Below, one piece after another: positions 20,024 to 31,000 of a DNA stretch of 64,000 nt. Origin of the DNA: a virus; IMG/VR virus record IMGVR_UViG_3300045431_000601, positions 42,371 through 106,370 of that record. One strand, written 5' to 3'. Each line of letters starts with the position of its first letter. Position 1 is the stretch's first letter. A program made the translations under genes and the position numbers. The notes beneath the pieces are model-generated. The model was not told the DNA's origin and ran no database searches. It saw nothing but the letters and a program-made list of their open reading frames with translations.

Positions 20024-21748
20024 TATATCTACGGGTATGTTTCTTATCTGATTTTCTAAATAAGGTAATAATTTAAAATTATTAATGTTATTAAAATCAG
20101 AAGTATATTGATAGTCTACACCTTCTTTCTGAAGGACTCCATTAATCCATATTAATTCTAAGCCATTAACTTCTTCTTCTTGTAGAGAATCTGTATTAAT
20201 TTTATTATTAATTAGATCAAGGGGCATTGACAAAGCGCTTACAGTCTCATCAGACCTTATTAATAATTGACCAATTATACCATTTGGATAACTTGAAAAT
20301 ATTAAGCTAATAACCTGTGCGTTTAAATTTTGTGTTATCATATAATCTATATTTTTATCTATTTTTTTTCCATTTAAATATAAATTACATTCATTTAGAT
20401 CTACATCATTTGTAACAAGAGGTGGATTAAAATAATAGATTCCGTCTTCTTTTTTTTCTACTTGTCCTTCGTAGTAAAAATATGATCCAGAATTAGATAA
20501 CGTATAAACAACACTGTCTTGATCGTCTAAGGTATAATTTTTAATTGTAAAACCATGTCCGCCAAGATCATAGTTAGTTTTTGGAAGAAGTAATCCGTTT
20601 AAATAAACATGAATATTCATACTATCATTTAAATCTTGATGGGCTTCACAATAATTGCTATTAATAAATACAGGGACATATATTTTTTTAGAGAAATTAA
20701 AAGTATTAATGTTTATGTAGTTATTGCCTGGAAGAGGTTTTTCTAAATAGATATTTTTATTAGAATAAGTATTAAGCAAAGTTTGATTATATAAGTTTTT
20801 TATTGAAGTAATTTCTTCAAATGTAGATACATCTTCTTGATTTAGGTACTCTATCGCTTCTCCGTATAAATGTCCCGTAACTCCAGAGGTTACGAAAGCA
20901 TTAATTTTTGAATCATAAACATTAACGTATCCTGTTATACCTGTGCCAACAATAGCGTTTGGGTTGACGATTGCATTTGAAAACATTTTTTTTGACATCT
21001 GTACTTGGACTTTTCGTTCAATTTCTCCTGTTTTAAATAATAATAAATTTAATTCTTTTGCAAAAGATTCAGATGTAATGTAATCAATATTATATATATT
21101 TTTAATATTACCATAAAATCCCGTATAAGAATTTCTTAAACCAGTTAGATTTCCATAATAAATCTTTTTATCTTTGCCAAATAAAGACGTATTTGCTCTA
21201 ATTGATTTAGACTCGTATGTATAATCTTTATTTGGATCAAATAAATTTATTTTTAAAGTATTGGGAGAAAAAAATATATTTAAAATATTATTATTCTTTA
21301 AAACTGAAGAAAAAGTTTCTGTTCTGAACGATTCTTCTCCGGAATATTCGATATATAATTTATGATGGTCATTAACGCCAAGAACTACATCATATTTATT
21401 AGGTTCAAATATATGAGATAAAACTCTAGACTGATTTGAAATTAGTTGAGGAAAATATTCAAAGTCTAATATTATTAATCCTACATCGTTATTTGCGCTA
21501 GAGGTATACCCAAAGAGTGCGGATCCGCTAGTAAAATTATTAGCAATACTATAAAATTTTCCAGGATTATAATTTAAATCAACAGTTAAATTATTATTTA
21601 TATTCTGAAATTGGTTAGCTCCGGAAAAAGCTTGGTTATATATAAAATCACTTAAATTAAGATTTGAATTAAAATTATAAGCCGCCCTTAAAGCGTCTTC
21701 GGAAAGTTGCATATTTTTAAGAGCAGTTTTTATGTAGTTTGCACTCAT
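20018..21748 (-). CDS. Putative tail protein
   Basis: Repeated YLNG/WING beta motifs; tail module. Confidence 0.6.
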   Translation of the reverse strand: MSANYIKTALKNMQLSEDALRAAYNFNSNLNLSDFIYNQAFSGANQFQNINNNLTVDLNYNPGKFYSIANNFTSGSALFGYTSSANNDVGLIILDFEYFPQLISNQSRVLSHIFEPNKYDVVLGVNDHHKLYIEYSGEESFRTETFSSVLKNNNILNIFFSPNTLKINLFDPNKDYTYESKSIRANTSLFGKDKKIYYGNLTGLRNSYTGFYGNIKNIYNIDYITSESFAKELNLLLFKTGEIERKVQVQMSKKMFSNAIVNPNAIVGTGITGYVNVYDSKINAFVTSGVTGHLYGEAIEYLNQEDVSTFEEITSIKNLYNQTLLNTYSNKNIYLEKPLPGNNYININTFNFSKKIYVPVFINSNYCEAHQDLNDSMNIHVYLNGLLLPKTNYDLGGHGFTIKNYTLDDQDSVVYTLSNSGSYFYYEGQVEKKEDGIYYFNPPLVTNDVDLNECNLYLNGKKIDKNIDYMITQNLNAQVISLIFSSYPNGIIGQLLIRSDETVSALSMPLDLINNKINTDSLQEEEVNGLELIWINGVLQKEGVDYQYTSDFNNINNFKLLPYLENQIRNIPVDIV

Positions 21749-23355
21749 AGTTTAGGTAGAATTGCTGGATTAACTGCACTTGAAATCATTTTTAGTGAAA
21801 AATTATTTCTTTTTAGATCTCCTGCAGAAGATCGTAATTCATTTGCAAAAATTTGATTATCTATAAAATCCCAGGGATATTCATCCTGAGTTTCCATTAA
21901 ACCAGATAGATATCCTAAAATTCCAAGCGGATGAATATAAGTGCTATTTGCTATTCCATAGTCAATCGTTGCAGTAGCGTTTAATTTTGGTAAGGTAATA
22001 ATACCAAAGTCTCCTATAATATAACGGTTTTTTATATCGCAGGTTGGATTCGGTGACATATACCAAATTGGAGCTTCGATAGAGATAGAGTAATCTCCGT
22101 CTATAACTCCAGAGTACTTGGGTATATATTTGTCATCATAATTAATAGAAAAATTTATTTTACCATTAATTATATCATCTGAAAACCTGTAATCTGTTAA
22201 ACGTATTCCAGATGGGTTATTGTCTGTCGGTAATCCATTAAAAGATTTATAATCATTCAAGGCTTTATGAGCAATAGATCTAAATGTTCCAGTAGATATC
22301 GTAGGAATATCTTGATTATTTGTTATTGAGTTCAAGAAAGATTTAGCTTGGTTGTATTTATGCCTCAGACTCCCTCTAGACACGATTTCTCCTTCTAAAG
22401 AGATTTTACTTACTTGATCGTCTAAAGAAGTATTGACTCTTGAGGTATAAGATAAATAAGGATTGTTAATACTTAAATCGTCATAAGAAGCAGAAAAAGA
22501 AGCTATATTTTTCGTAGAATTATTATCGACTTTAAAAGAGAGAGGAGTTAGGTTAAAACCGCTTGGAATTATTGAATTTATATTCAATTGATCTAACAAA
22601 TCTTGATTTTGTCCACTCAAAGCTCCTTCATAAGTTCCGTCAATATTTAATCTCAAAGAATTTCCGTCGATATCTTCGGAAAGATCGGATTTATATCTTA
22701 ATATTCCTTGATTAAAATTTTGAGTAAGAGTTGAATTGTCTCCAACGTATTCTTCTTCTATAGAATAGCTTTCTTGAAGGCGATTGACTTTCTCTACTAC
22801 AGATTTTAAATAAAATTTTTGGACATTATTAAAAACGCAAGAAGGTATATTGTTTAATCCTGTATAATTTTTTACAAAATTTATAGCATTATTTATCCCA
22901 TTAGATTTTGAATTAGAAGAGCCAGTATTTAACCCTTGGGCAGAAATTATATGCTTTAATTGTATTATCTTATTTTCTCCTTCAGAAAAAGAGAATTCAT
23001 TCACAGGATCTTTAACTCCTGAAGTTAATTTTTGAGAGGACAGAGAGATTTTATAATTTAAAATTCCATTATATACAGATTTATCAAAAACTATATCATC
23101 TACAATTATGTTTGACTCTTCGAATATTTTTTGATTATCTTCATAAATTTCAAATTTACCAAAATTTTTTGAGAATATATTAATTAGATTATTTTGTTGA
23201 GATAATAGTTGGCTGTAATTTCCTGTTAATTGACCATTTAAAGATATATTTCTTGTGTCTCCCCATTTTATATTTAAAAAATTATGATCTTTGGAAATCT
23301 CTACTAAAGGCGTAGGCATAAGCAAACTTTGATCGTTATATTTTATAATGTTCAT
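21745..23355 (-). CDS. Putative tail protein (distal-tail region)
   Basis: 536 aa, second gene after tape measure. Confidence 0.55.
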   Translation of the reverse strand: MNIIKYNDQSLLMPTPLVEISKDHNFLNIKWGDTRNISLNGQLTGNYSQLLSQQNNLINIFSKNFGKFEIYEDNQKIFEESNIIVDDIVFDKSVYNGILNYKISLSSQKLTSGVKDPVNEFSFSEGENKIIQLKHIISAQGLNTGSSNSKSNGINNAINFVKNYTGLNNIPSCVFNNVQKFYLKSVVEKVNRLQESYSIEEEYVGDNSTLTQNFNQGILRYKSDLSEDIDGNSLRLNIDGTYEGALSGQNQDLLDQLNINSIIPSGFNLTPLSFKVDNNSTKNIASFSASYDDLSINNPYLSYTSRVNTSLDDQVSKISLEGEIVSRGSLRHKYNQAKSFLNSITNNQDIPTISTGTFRSIAHKALNDYKSFNGLPTDNNPSGIRLTDYRFSDDIINGKINFSINYDDKYIPKYSGVIDGDYSISIEAPIWYMSPNPTCDIKNRYIIGDFGIITLPKLNATATIDYGIANSTYIHPLGILGYLSGLMETQDEYPWDFIDNQIFANELRSSAGDLKRNNFSLKMISSAVNPAILPKL

Positions 23356-25031
23356 TTCAAGTATAAAGCTTTTAAAGTAAAAGTAAAATTATATTGAGTG
23401 TCGTAGCTATAATCTGCATTTGTTAATAATATATCAATTACTTTTTGTTGCGTTAAATGCCCCAAAGCAAGACCTTTTAACATGTCTTTTGGAAATATTA
23501 TTTTTTGTTCCCAATGATTTTGAATGGGGCGCTTAAGCTTTCCATTTATTGTTACGTTTTTTTGCCCCATATTATTCTGCATTCCTTTATAGAGTAAAAC
23601 AGTTTTAGGAAAACGATTGGCTATTACATATTCTTTATACATTTCCGCCGGATTTTGGTCTTCAACTAAAATGTTTAATATAACAGGACTATTTGGTGCC
23701 GCTCCTACATTAATAAAAGGATCATTCGTCCCGCCAATGTTATAATCTATCCTATTATTATAGAAAGAAATGTTTTGATTTTGTCCACTTACTTGAGAGA
23801 ATCCTATATTTGAATTGATAATCTGACACCCAGCTGCTAATGATCTAGCAGCAGCTTGTTGATAAAGTAGTTTGGGGTTAATTATAGATGTGATTGTGCC
23901 TAACTTTCCAGCTTGAAAAATTGTACCATTTTCATTTCTTTCAATTATTCCATCGCTTTTTTTAATCGTTTCTATTTGATACTCTTGCAAAAGATAGGGG
24001 GCATTTACTCCATAGTCAATATAATCTTTTTTATTTGTATATTGTATATTATAATAAGCTTTATTTTCGAACAAATCATACCCTCGGGTTAAAACTCTTG
24101 GTTCATTTATCGCTGAATCTGTAGTACCTAAGTTATATTTTAAAATATTAGAATTTAATTTATTTTGTATTCTAGAAAATGACGTTCCAATTTCTAGATT
24201 TAAAAATCCGCTATAATCTTCGATAGTAAGATTTTTGTTGTTGCCCAATATTTCACCTCTTTCTTCTAAAGAAACAATTCCCTCTTCATCGAGGGTAAAA
24301 GAATGTGACACAGAATTAGTATAATTTTTTAAATTTGAAGGCACTTCGTAAGAGCTTGAACTTTTTTGAAAACTACAAATCTTTTTTATTAAATCATAAC
24401 TTTCATTAAAATAATTTCTTCGATCATTACTATTAAAAAAAGAATACATAGAAGAGATTTGACTGATTTCTATATTAGGAGAAGTCAAAATTCCGCTAGC
24501 AATATTTTTAATTTCTGTTAAAACCTGAGAATCTAGCCTGTCGTTTTGATTTATTCCAATTTTAAGATTATGAGAATATTGATATCCTTGGTCAGAAGAA
24601 AAATTTAAATCAATATCTTCAGAAATTTCAGAAATATTTGCACTTATATTCGGTAAAAAGTTTCCATAAATACTAGATCCACTAGAAAAGTTAGAGAAAT
24701 TATTGTTCTCAATAATTTCTATATCATATATATATGATCCTACTCGAATTGGATTTCTTTCCGGAAAAGACATCCTCAATACTCTTCCCGTTCCAAAATT
24801 ATATCCATTAATTATAATTGGCGCATATTGACCAGAGAAATCGGTCATATCTTTTTGTATTCCGCTTATTACTTCTTTTACGCCGTTTGCGTCAATATTC
24901 TCTTTAACTTTATAAAAAACGCCTTCTAAACTTAAACTTTTTATTGTATTAATTGTGTTCGTGCCTTCTCCGAGATAATTCTTTCTCATATTAAAATCTA
25001 GAAGAGTTGCGTCTGTAAATAGATAACTCAT
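23352..25031 (-). CDS. Putative tail protein (distal-tail region)
   Basis: 559 aa, directly after tape measure. Confidence 0.55.
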   Translation of the reverse strand: MSYLFTDATLLDFNMRKNYLGEGTNTINTIKSLSLEGVFYKVKENIDANGVKEVISGIQKDMTDFSGQYAPIIINGYNFGTGRVLRMSFPERNPIRVGSYIYDIEIIENNNFSNFSSGSSIYGNFLPNISANISEISEDIDLNFSSDQGYQYSHNLKIGINQNDRLDSQVLTEIKNIASGILTSPNIEISQISSMYSFFNSNDRRNYFNESYDLIKKICSFQKSSSSYEVPSNLKNYTNSVSHSFTLDEEGIVSLEERGEILGNNKNLTIEDYSGFLNLEIGTSFSRIQNKLNSNILKYNLGTTDSAINEPRVLTRGYDLFENKAYYNIQYTNKKDYIDYGVNAPYLLQEYQIETIKKSDGIIERNENGTIFQAGKLGTITSIINPKLLYQQAAARSLAAGCQIINSNIGFSQVSGQNQNISFYNNRIDYNIGGTNDPFINVGAAPNSPVILNILVEDQNPAEMYKEYVIANRFPKTVLLYKGMQNNMGQKNVTINGKLKRPIQNHWEQKIIFPKDMLKGLALGHLTQQKVIDILLTNADYSYDTQYNFTFTLKALYLK

Positions 25032-25036
25032 ATTTT

Positions 25037-28000
25037 TTAGGCGAATTTACCCTTGGATGGAGGAGAAGCTATACCAAGAGATCTAAATTTTTCATTAGCG
25101 TCTCTTTTTAAATCTTCTAATTTTTGAGTTAAAGCTTCTTCTGTTTTTGTTACTCTTTGTTCAACTTTAGATAGTAGTTCTTCTGATATATTGTCTAACG
25201 TTCCACTATCTAATTCTACTTTCCAAGGCTCTGCTCTTACATTAACATCCATAGATCCCATTCTTACTTCCATAGGGTCTTGGTTAACGTTTAAATTTAA
25301 ATCTTGACTACTACTTTGTCCTCCGCTTTTCGATTCAAAAGGCTGAATATATTTTTTTCTATTCTTATCATCGTTTTCATAAAAAGGTTTAGATTCAAAT
25401 GGTTGAGATTGATTTTTCCAACTTTCATAATCAAGACTCGATCTATTAAACCCATTCATTGAATTAAAAAGCTCTTGCTTACGGCGCTCGTTTTCTGTTC
25501 TTCTCTTCTCTTCTTGTCTAGCTTCTTCTCCTAAATTAAGAGGCAAAGGGTACTCCTTACTAAGAGTATCTTTTGCTGTTGTCCAGTCTGGTCTTGTATC
25601 GTCTTTAAAAGCGGTATTCCATTGAGATCTAGGTATAGGTTTTCCATTAATCATTACTTGCTCACTCGATTCTTCTTGCGCAGAAGCTACCCCTTGATTC
25701 AAAGCGGTATTATTTGAAGTTGTTGTTTTTGGCGGCGCGCTTTGCTGCAAGGCTTGAGGTATTGATGCACTTTGAGCGTAAGAAGTTGGCGTAGGGATAC
25801 CATATTGTGTTTCAAGATCTGCTTTTCGTTCCTGAAGCTCTCTGATTTGATTTAATAATTCTTGAGACTTAGATTCTTTTATCGTTTTATCAATTGTTGG
25901 GTCTGTTTCATAAGCTCTTTTTTTCTCTTCAAGAGCTTTAATTTGATAATCAATTCCAGTAATTTTTTCTATTCCTTCTTGTTCTCTTTTCGCTTCTTTC
26001 TCTTTTATTTTTGAAGCTTCAATAGAAGCAGTAAGTTTTTTAATAGCATCGGTATTTTCATCTGTACTTATTGTATTATTACCCAAGCGACTATTTAAAC
26101 TACTTAGATCTAATTCATCTAGAGCGTTACGAATCTCATTAATATCGATATTTGAATCTCCATTTTCATCTGCTTCAAAATTTTTCATCATATTATCTAC
26201 TTGTTGCGTAGCAATATCTTTAGATCTGGCTTGTGCTTCAAAAAAGTATCTAGCTAATTCTGGAGGAGCTGATGCCGCAAGCGCTCTTGCGTCAGAATTA
26301 ATTTGCCTCGATCTTGCATTTATAGCTAATTGTCTTAACCCTCTATCATTTGTAAATATTCCTGCGCCGCCTAATAACTCTTGAGCACTTTTTATACTGC
26401 CCAAAGTCCCTTGATCTCTTATTGATTGAGGAGCATACGAATCTCCTGCGGCTCTTGAAAAATTCATAAATTCATCTATAAGTTGGCTATATGCCCCCAT
26501 GGGTTGAATTCCTCCATCGATCCCTCCAAAAGCTTTTATATCTCTATCTCTTTGCGCCATTTTCTTTTGGATTTCCAATTGAGCTTGAGCCAAAGCTTTT
26601 TCTTGGTTTGTCGTTTGATGAAGAGATTTTATTTCTGAAACCATTTGTTGTAAAGTCGCGTCGGAAGAAGACATTAAATCTGCAAGATTTCCTTGTTCAT
26701 CTTTACCAAAAGTCTTAGAAAATTGTTGCAATAGACTTTCTTGGAATTGCTTAGGATTTAAATTGCTTTTCTGAAGTTCAAGAATAGAATTTTTAAATTG
26801 AGAGATTCTTTCTAAATCTTGGGTTCCTTGAACTTCATCTCCGCTTTGCTTAATTTTATCTACATTTTTTAATACTTGAGAAACCATTGATTTAACCGCT
26901 TCTGTTTCTAATTTTTTACTGTTGAATAATAAATTAGCTTGCCTTTCTTTTTCTCCTAAAGAAAAATTTTGCTGGGCTATAGACTCTTCTGATAAAAATG
27001 GTTGATTATAATCTAAATTCATTTTAGATTTTTTAATTGCAAGATCGTACTTGTTGTACTCTGTCTGATTCTGATATTGTTGATCAAAAGATGAATTTAA
27101 TACCGCGTTTTCTGTAGTTCTATTTAATGCTTCCCTAAAAAGATTGGTTTGTTCAGTAGCTCTTTTTGTGGCTTCTTCGGCTTTTAAGAGCACGGATATT
27201 TGCTTTTCTCTTTCTTTTTCTAAATTTTTTGCTGTTTGTAAATCTTTTTGACCCTCTAAAATACTGTCTATAAAACTTCTGATTACTTTTCTTACTGATT
27301 CTTCGTCTCCTACGCCAAGAGCATTAGCTTTAAATGCAAGATTCTCAATTGGTTCTGTCAGCTCTTGATTAACTCCATAAGTTTTTAAAAATGTAGGATT
27401 TTGGGTTAATTGTTCTGTAAGAATATCTCTAGCTGAACGAGTGCTTCCTTGCGTGGAGGCTTTATTGGCAATATTCGATATAATAGATTCAAAATTTTTT
27501 CTTTGATCTAAGCTTAAATCTCCTGCCATTTTTTGTCCATATTGGGTCGCTTCTGAACTTTTAAAGGTTGGGCTTTTTGTTAAAGGCGTCAATGCGGCTA
27601 AAACATTTTTAAACGCTTCTGCGTTTGAATCGACTCTACCTTGCATTCTTGAAGCAAAATCGGCGTTATCTTTTTCTTTATTTAATTTTTCTTGAATCTC
27701 TACGCCTTTTTCTTGTAAGGCAGTAAAACTATTAATTGCTAAGAGCTGGCTTCTATATGCATCGGGTAGACCCTGTGCAGCGGAATACATCTTCTCTTGT
27801 AGATTCTGAAGAGTTTCCGAAGAAGTTTTTGGATCAGTGCTGGCGTCATTAAATTTTTGAAGAGCTTCTGAATATTTAGGAAAAGCTCCTCCAAAATCAG
27901 AAGCGCGTTGGGTTCTTTCTTGGACTAATTTGTCAAACTTATCTTTTTGATTACTAATATAATTTGAAATAGAAACTAAAGAACTAATAGCAGTCCCAAT

Positions 28001-31000
28001 TGCTGCTGTATATAGACCGGCTTTACCTCCTATTAAGTTTCCTACTTGAGCAGCTGTAGACATACCTATCGTAGCGGAATTTATTGCATCACCAAGCTTC
28101 TGATTGTCTTCAGCCAAAGAAGAAGCGGCGCCTCCCAGAAGAGAGAGGCCTATACTTGCATAGAATAGTTTATCTTTAAATTGTCGTTGACTTTGACTTA
28201 AAGCGTCATCATCAAAAAGATTTCTTCTTGCCCCTTCAATTTTTTGATAAATAGGATTTGCCTGTATTTTTTGTCTTAATGAAGAAGCTGGATTAATTTT
28301 ATTATCAGAGGCCTCGGTTTGTTTAGCTCTTATAATTTCTTTATTTAATTGATATAATTGTTCTGTAGATTTTTTATTTAATTTATTGTTATTAATAATA
28401 TCTTTCAGAATTTGATCATTAGGGGTCAAAGTCCTAGCCTCTTTTTCATAAATTTTAACTAATTCATCGCTAGCTTTTTTAAGTCTTTCGATTTGAGGTA
28501 GTAAAGATGCGCTTACCCCCTTATCTTCAAATCCTCCAATAGAAAAATCAAAATCTGTAGAGGAAGCAAAATTTGGCGTATATTTTTCTTTCCCACTTCC
28601 AGTTTTCATTAAGTTTGCTTTAGAGGCAACTTGTCCTTGATCAATGTGATCATTCTTTATTATTCGATCTGCATTTTTTCCATATTTTGCCGTCTGTTTA
28701 TTATTGGCAACTACTAATGATCCTAAAGTGTCTGACCATAAAACTTCTGGTTGCGCCGTTGGCTCTGCTATCTTTTCTCGATCCATAGCTTTTTTTATAC
28801 TTGAAAAATTAGGAATAAATCCATTAAAAGCTGTGCCAGCGAGACTTGGAGTTTTTGTAGAAGTATTTGAAATCTTTTTTTGGTATCTATTTGGGTGTCT
28901 ATTGGCAATTTTATTTGCCATACTATTTAAGTTTTCTTTAGATAAAGAATTCTTTAAGTCTCCCTCTTCATAATTTAATAATTCATTAGCATTTAAAAAT
29001 GTTCCTGCGATAGCTTTTAGCTCTAAAGCAGTCAAATCAAAGTTTTCTGTCCTATTTTCAGGATAAGCTCCTACAGAAGCCAAAAGCCCTGCTTCAAAAG
29101 CAGATCCAATAAATGAATTAATAGAACTAGAATCCATATTTGAAAGAACTGCAGATTCAAAATTTTTATCCTTTACAATCTTAGGATTTACTCGGTCATC
29201 AATTAAGCTTATAAATTCTTTACTCAAATCTACTATTTGTTTTCTGGCTGTAGAGACTAAATCTTCGCCTATATTAGGTTTGGATTGACCAGGAAATGGG
29301 AAAGTTTGAAAACCTATAGAAGGATTTCCTTCATATTTATCTGCTTGTCCATAAGTTGTTCCGCCCTTAGATTTACCGAAACCTGGATAAACCATTACGT
29401 ATTTAGAGATGTCTTTTGCCCCTTTGGAGCCTCTTTTCATATGAAGATAATAGCCATCTTTTTGTCCCTTTTTAAGAGCAGATGCTTCTTCTTTTCCTTG
29501 AATTGCGTTTTGTAATTTGTTTGTTAAGGCAAGATTATCCCCTCTTCTAGATCTATACCAAACCTTATTATCACTGTAATCAATATCTAAATCGTCTCTA
29601 ATATCGTCTTCAAACGATCTTCCCGAAGAACCAGGCTTAAGTTTATCTTTTATCTTTCCTGTGGACATTACCCATCCGTCTTGATATTGAGATCTATTGA
29701 AATTAGGTATAAAATTATTTTTAGAAAAAACAGAGTATGGATCAAATCCGTGGGTTTTTTCAAAATTCTTTTTATAATTTTCACCCGCTCGACTTTGTTG
29801 CGGTGGCATGATAGCTGGCTGGGAAGCTTTATCAAATCTAACTATAGATTCAGCAGTATTATATAATACATTTCCTTCGCCAGGAATGTTCATATTTTTT
29901 ACTTTTCCAGCTTTATATCCTCCCATCGCGGCGCCAAATATTTCTTCTTTTTCTCTTTCGGAGAAATTAGGAATATAGCCTAATGCACTAGTTTTCACAG
30001 CGGTTCCTCGCATAGGTCCCGAAGTCGGAACAGAAACGCCAGATCTTATCAAACTTTTAGACAATTGTGCAGCCACAGACAATTGTTTTTGCATGGCTAC
30101 GGTTTCTTGCTCAATTAAAGTAAGAATTTGCTTGTGAAGATTTGCGGTATTGCTTGTACCAGAATTAATTTGTTGAATAATTTGAGGATTTTTACCAATA
30201 AGATTTAAAATTTGTGTTTGCAAACTTTGTTGTTCTGCATTTTTTGCATTAATACCAGACAAACTTTTAAAGGCGTCCGCAGAATAAGTAATTAGTCTTT
30301 CAAAGATTTTTACTAACCCTAAAGTCCCTAAGACAAGGCCTGGTCCAGATAGAAAATTACCTAAACCAGTAGATATTGCTTTTCCTATTTTTGTACCTAC
30401 TCCTTCGCTTTCTCCTTCTTGGAAACCTTCTAATCCAGAGTTTATAAAAGTTAATAAATTTTTTATAACTGGTGCAAATGCTTTTTCTCCAAATTGAGCC
30501 CCAGATTTATTTAAATTTACTAAAGTTTTATTAAATAACGCACTAATAGTTGTATTTAACTCTTCATTTCTTAAGTTTGCTTGATTAGCTGCTTGAGAGG
30601 ATATGTTTAAAGCTCTACCAAATATAGAATACTCTTTACTTAGATCAGATATTGCTGCTTTTAAAATATTGATTTGATATACGCCTCCGACTAATTCAGC
30701 TACTTGAGACTGTTGACTATCGCTTAGAGTGTCATAAGTAGAAGCTAATTGAGAGAGTATTTGTATCAAAGGCCTTGTCCCACCTTCTGCAGTTTTTGTA
30801 GCTACTCCAATCGCTTCTAAACCCTCTAAAACTTGTGGTCTTTGAACACGAGTAAAAATTGTTTTAAAAGAGTTTCCTATAACAGATCCGCCTCTAGAAG
30901 TGATTTGTTGAGCACTTGTTACTAAGCTTATTAATTCATCTATACTTACTCCTGCGTCTTGGGCGGTACTACCTACTCTTTTTACGGCTTCGGCTAAATC

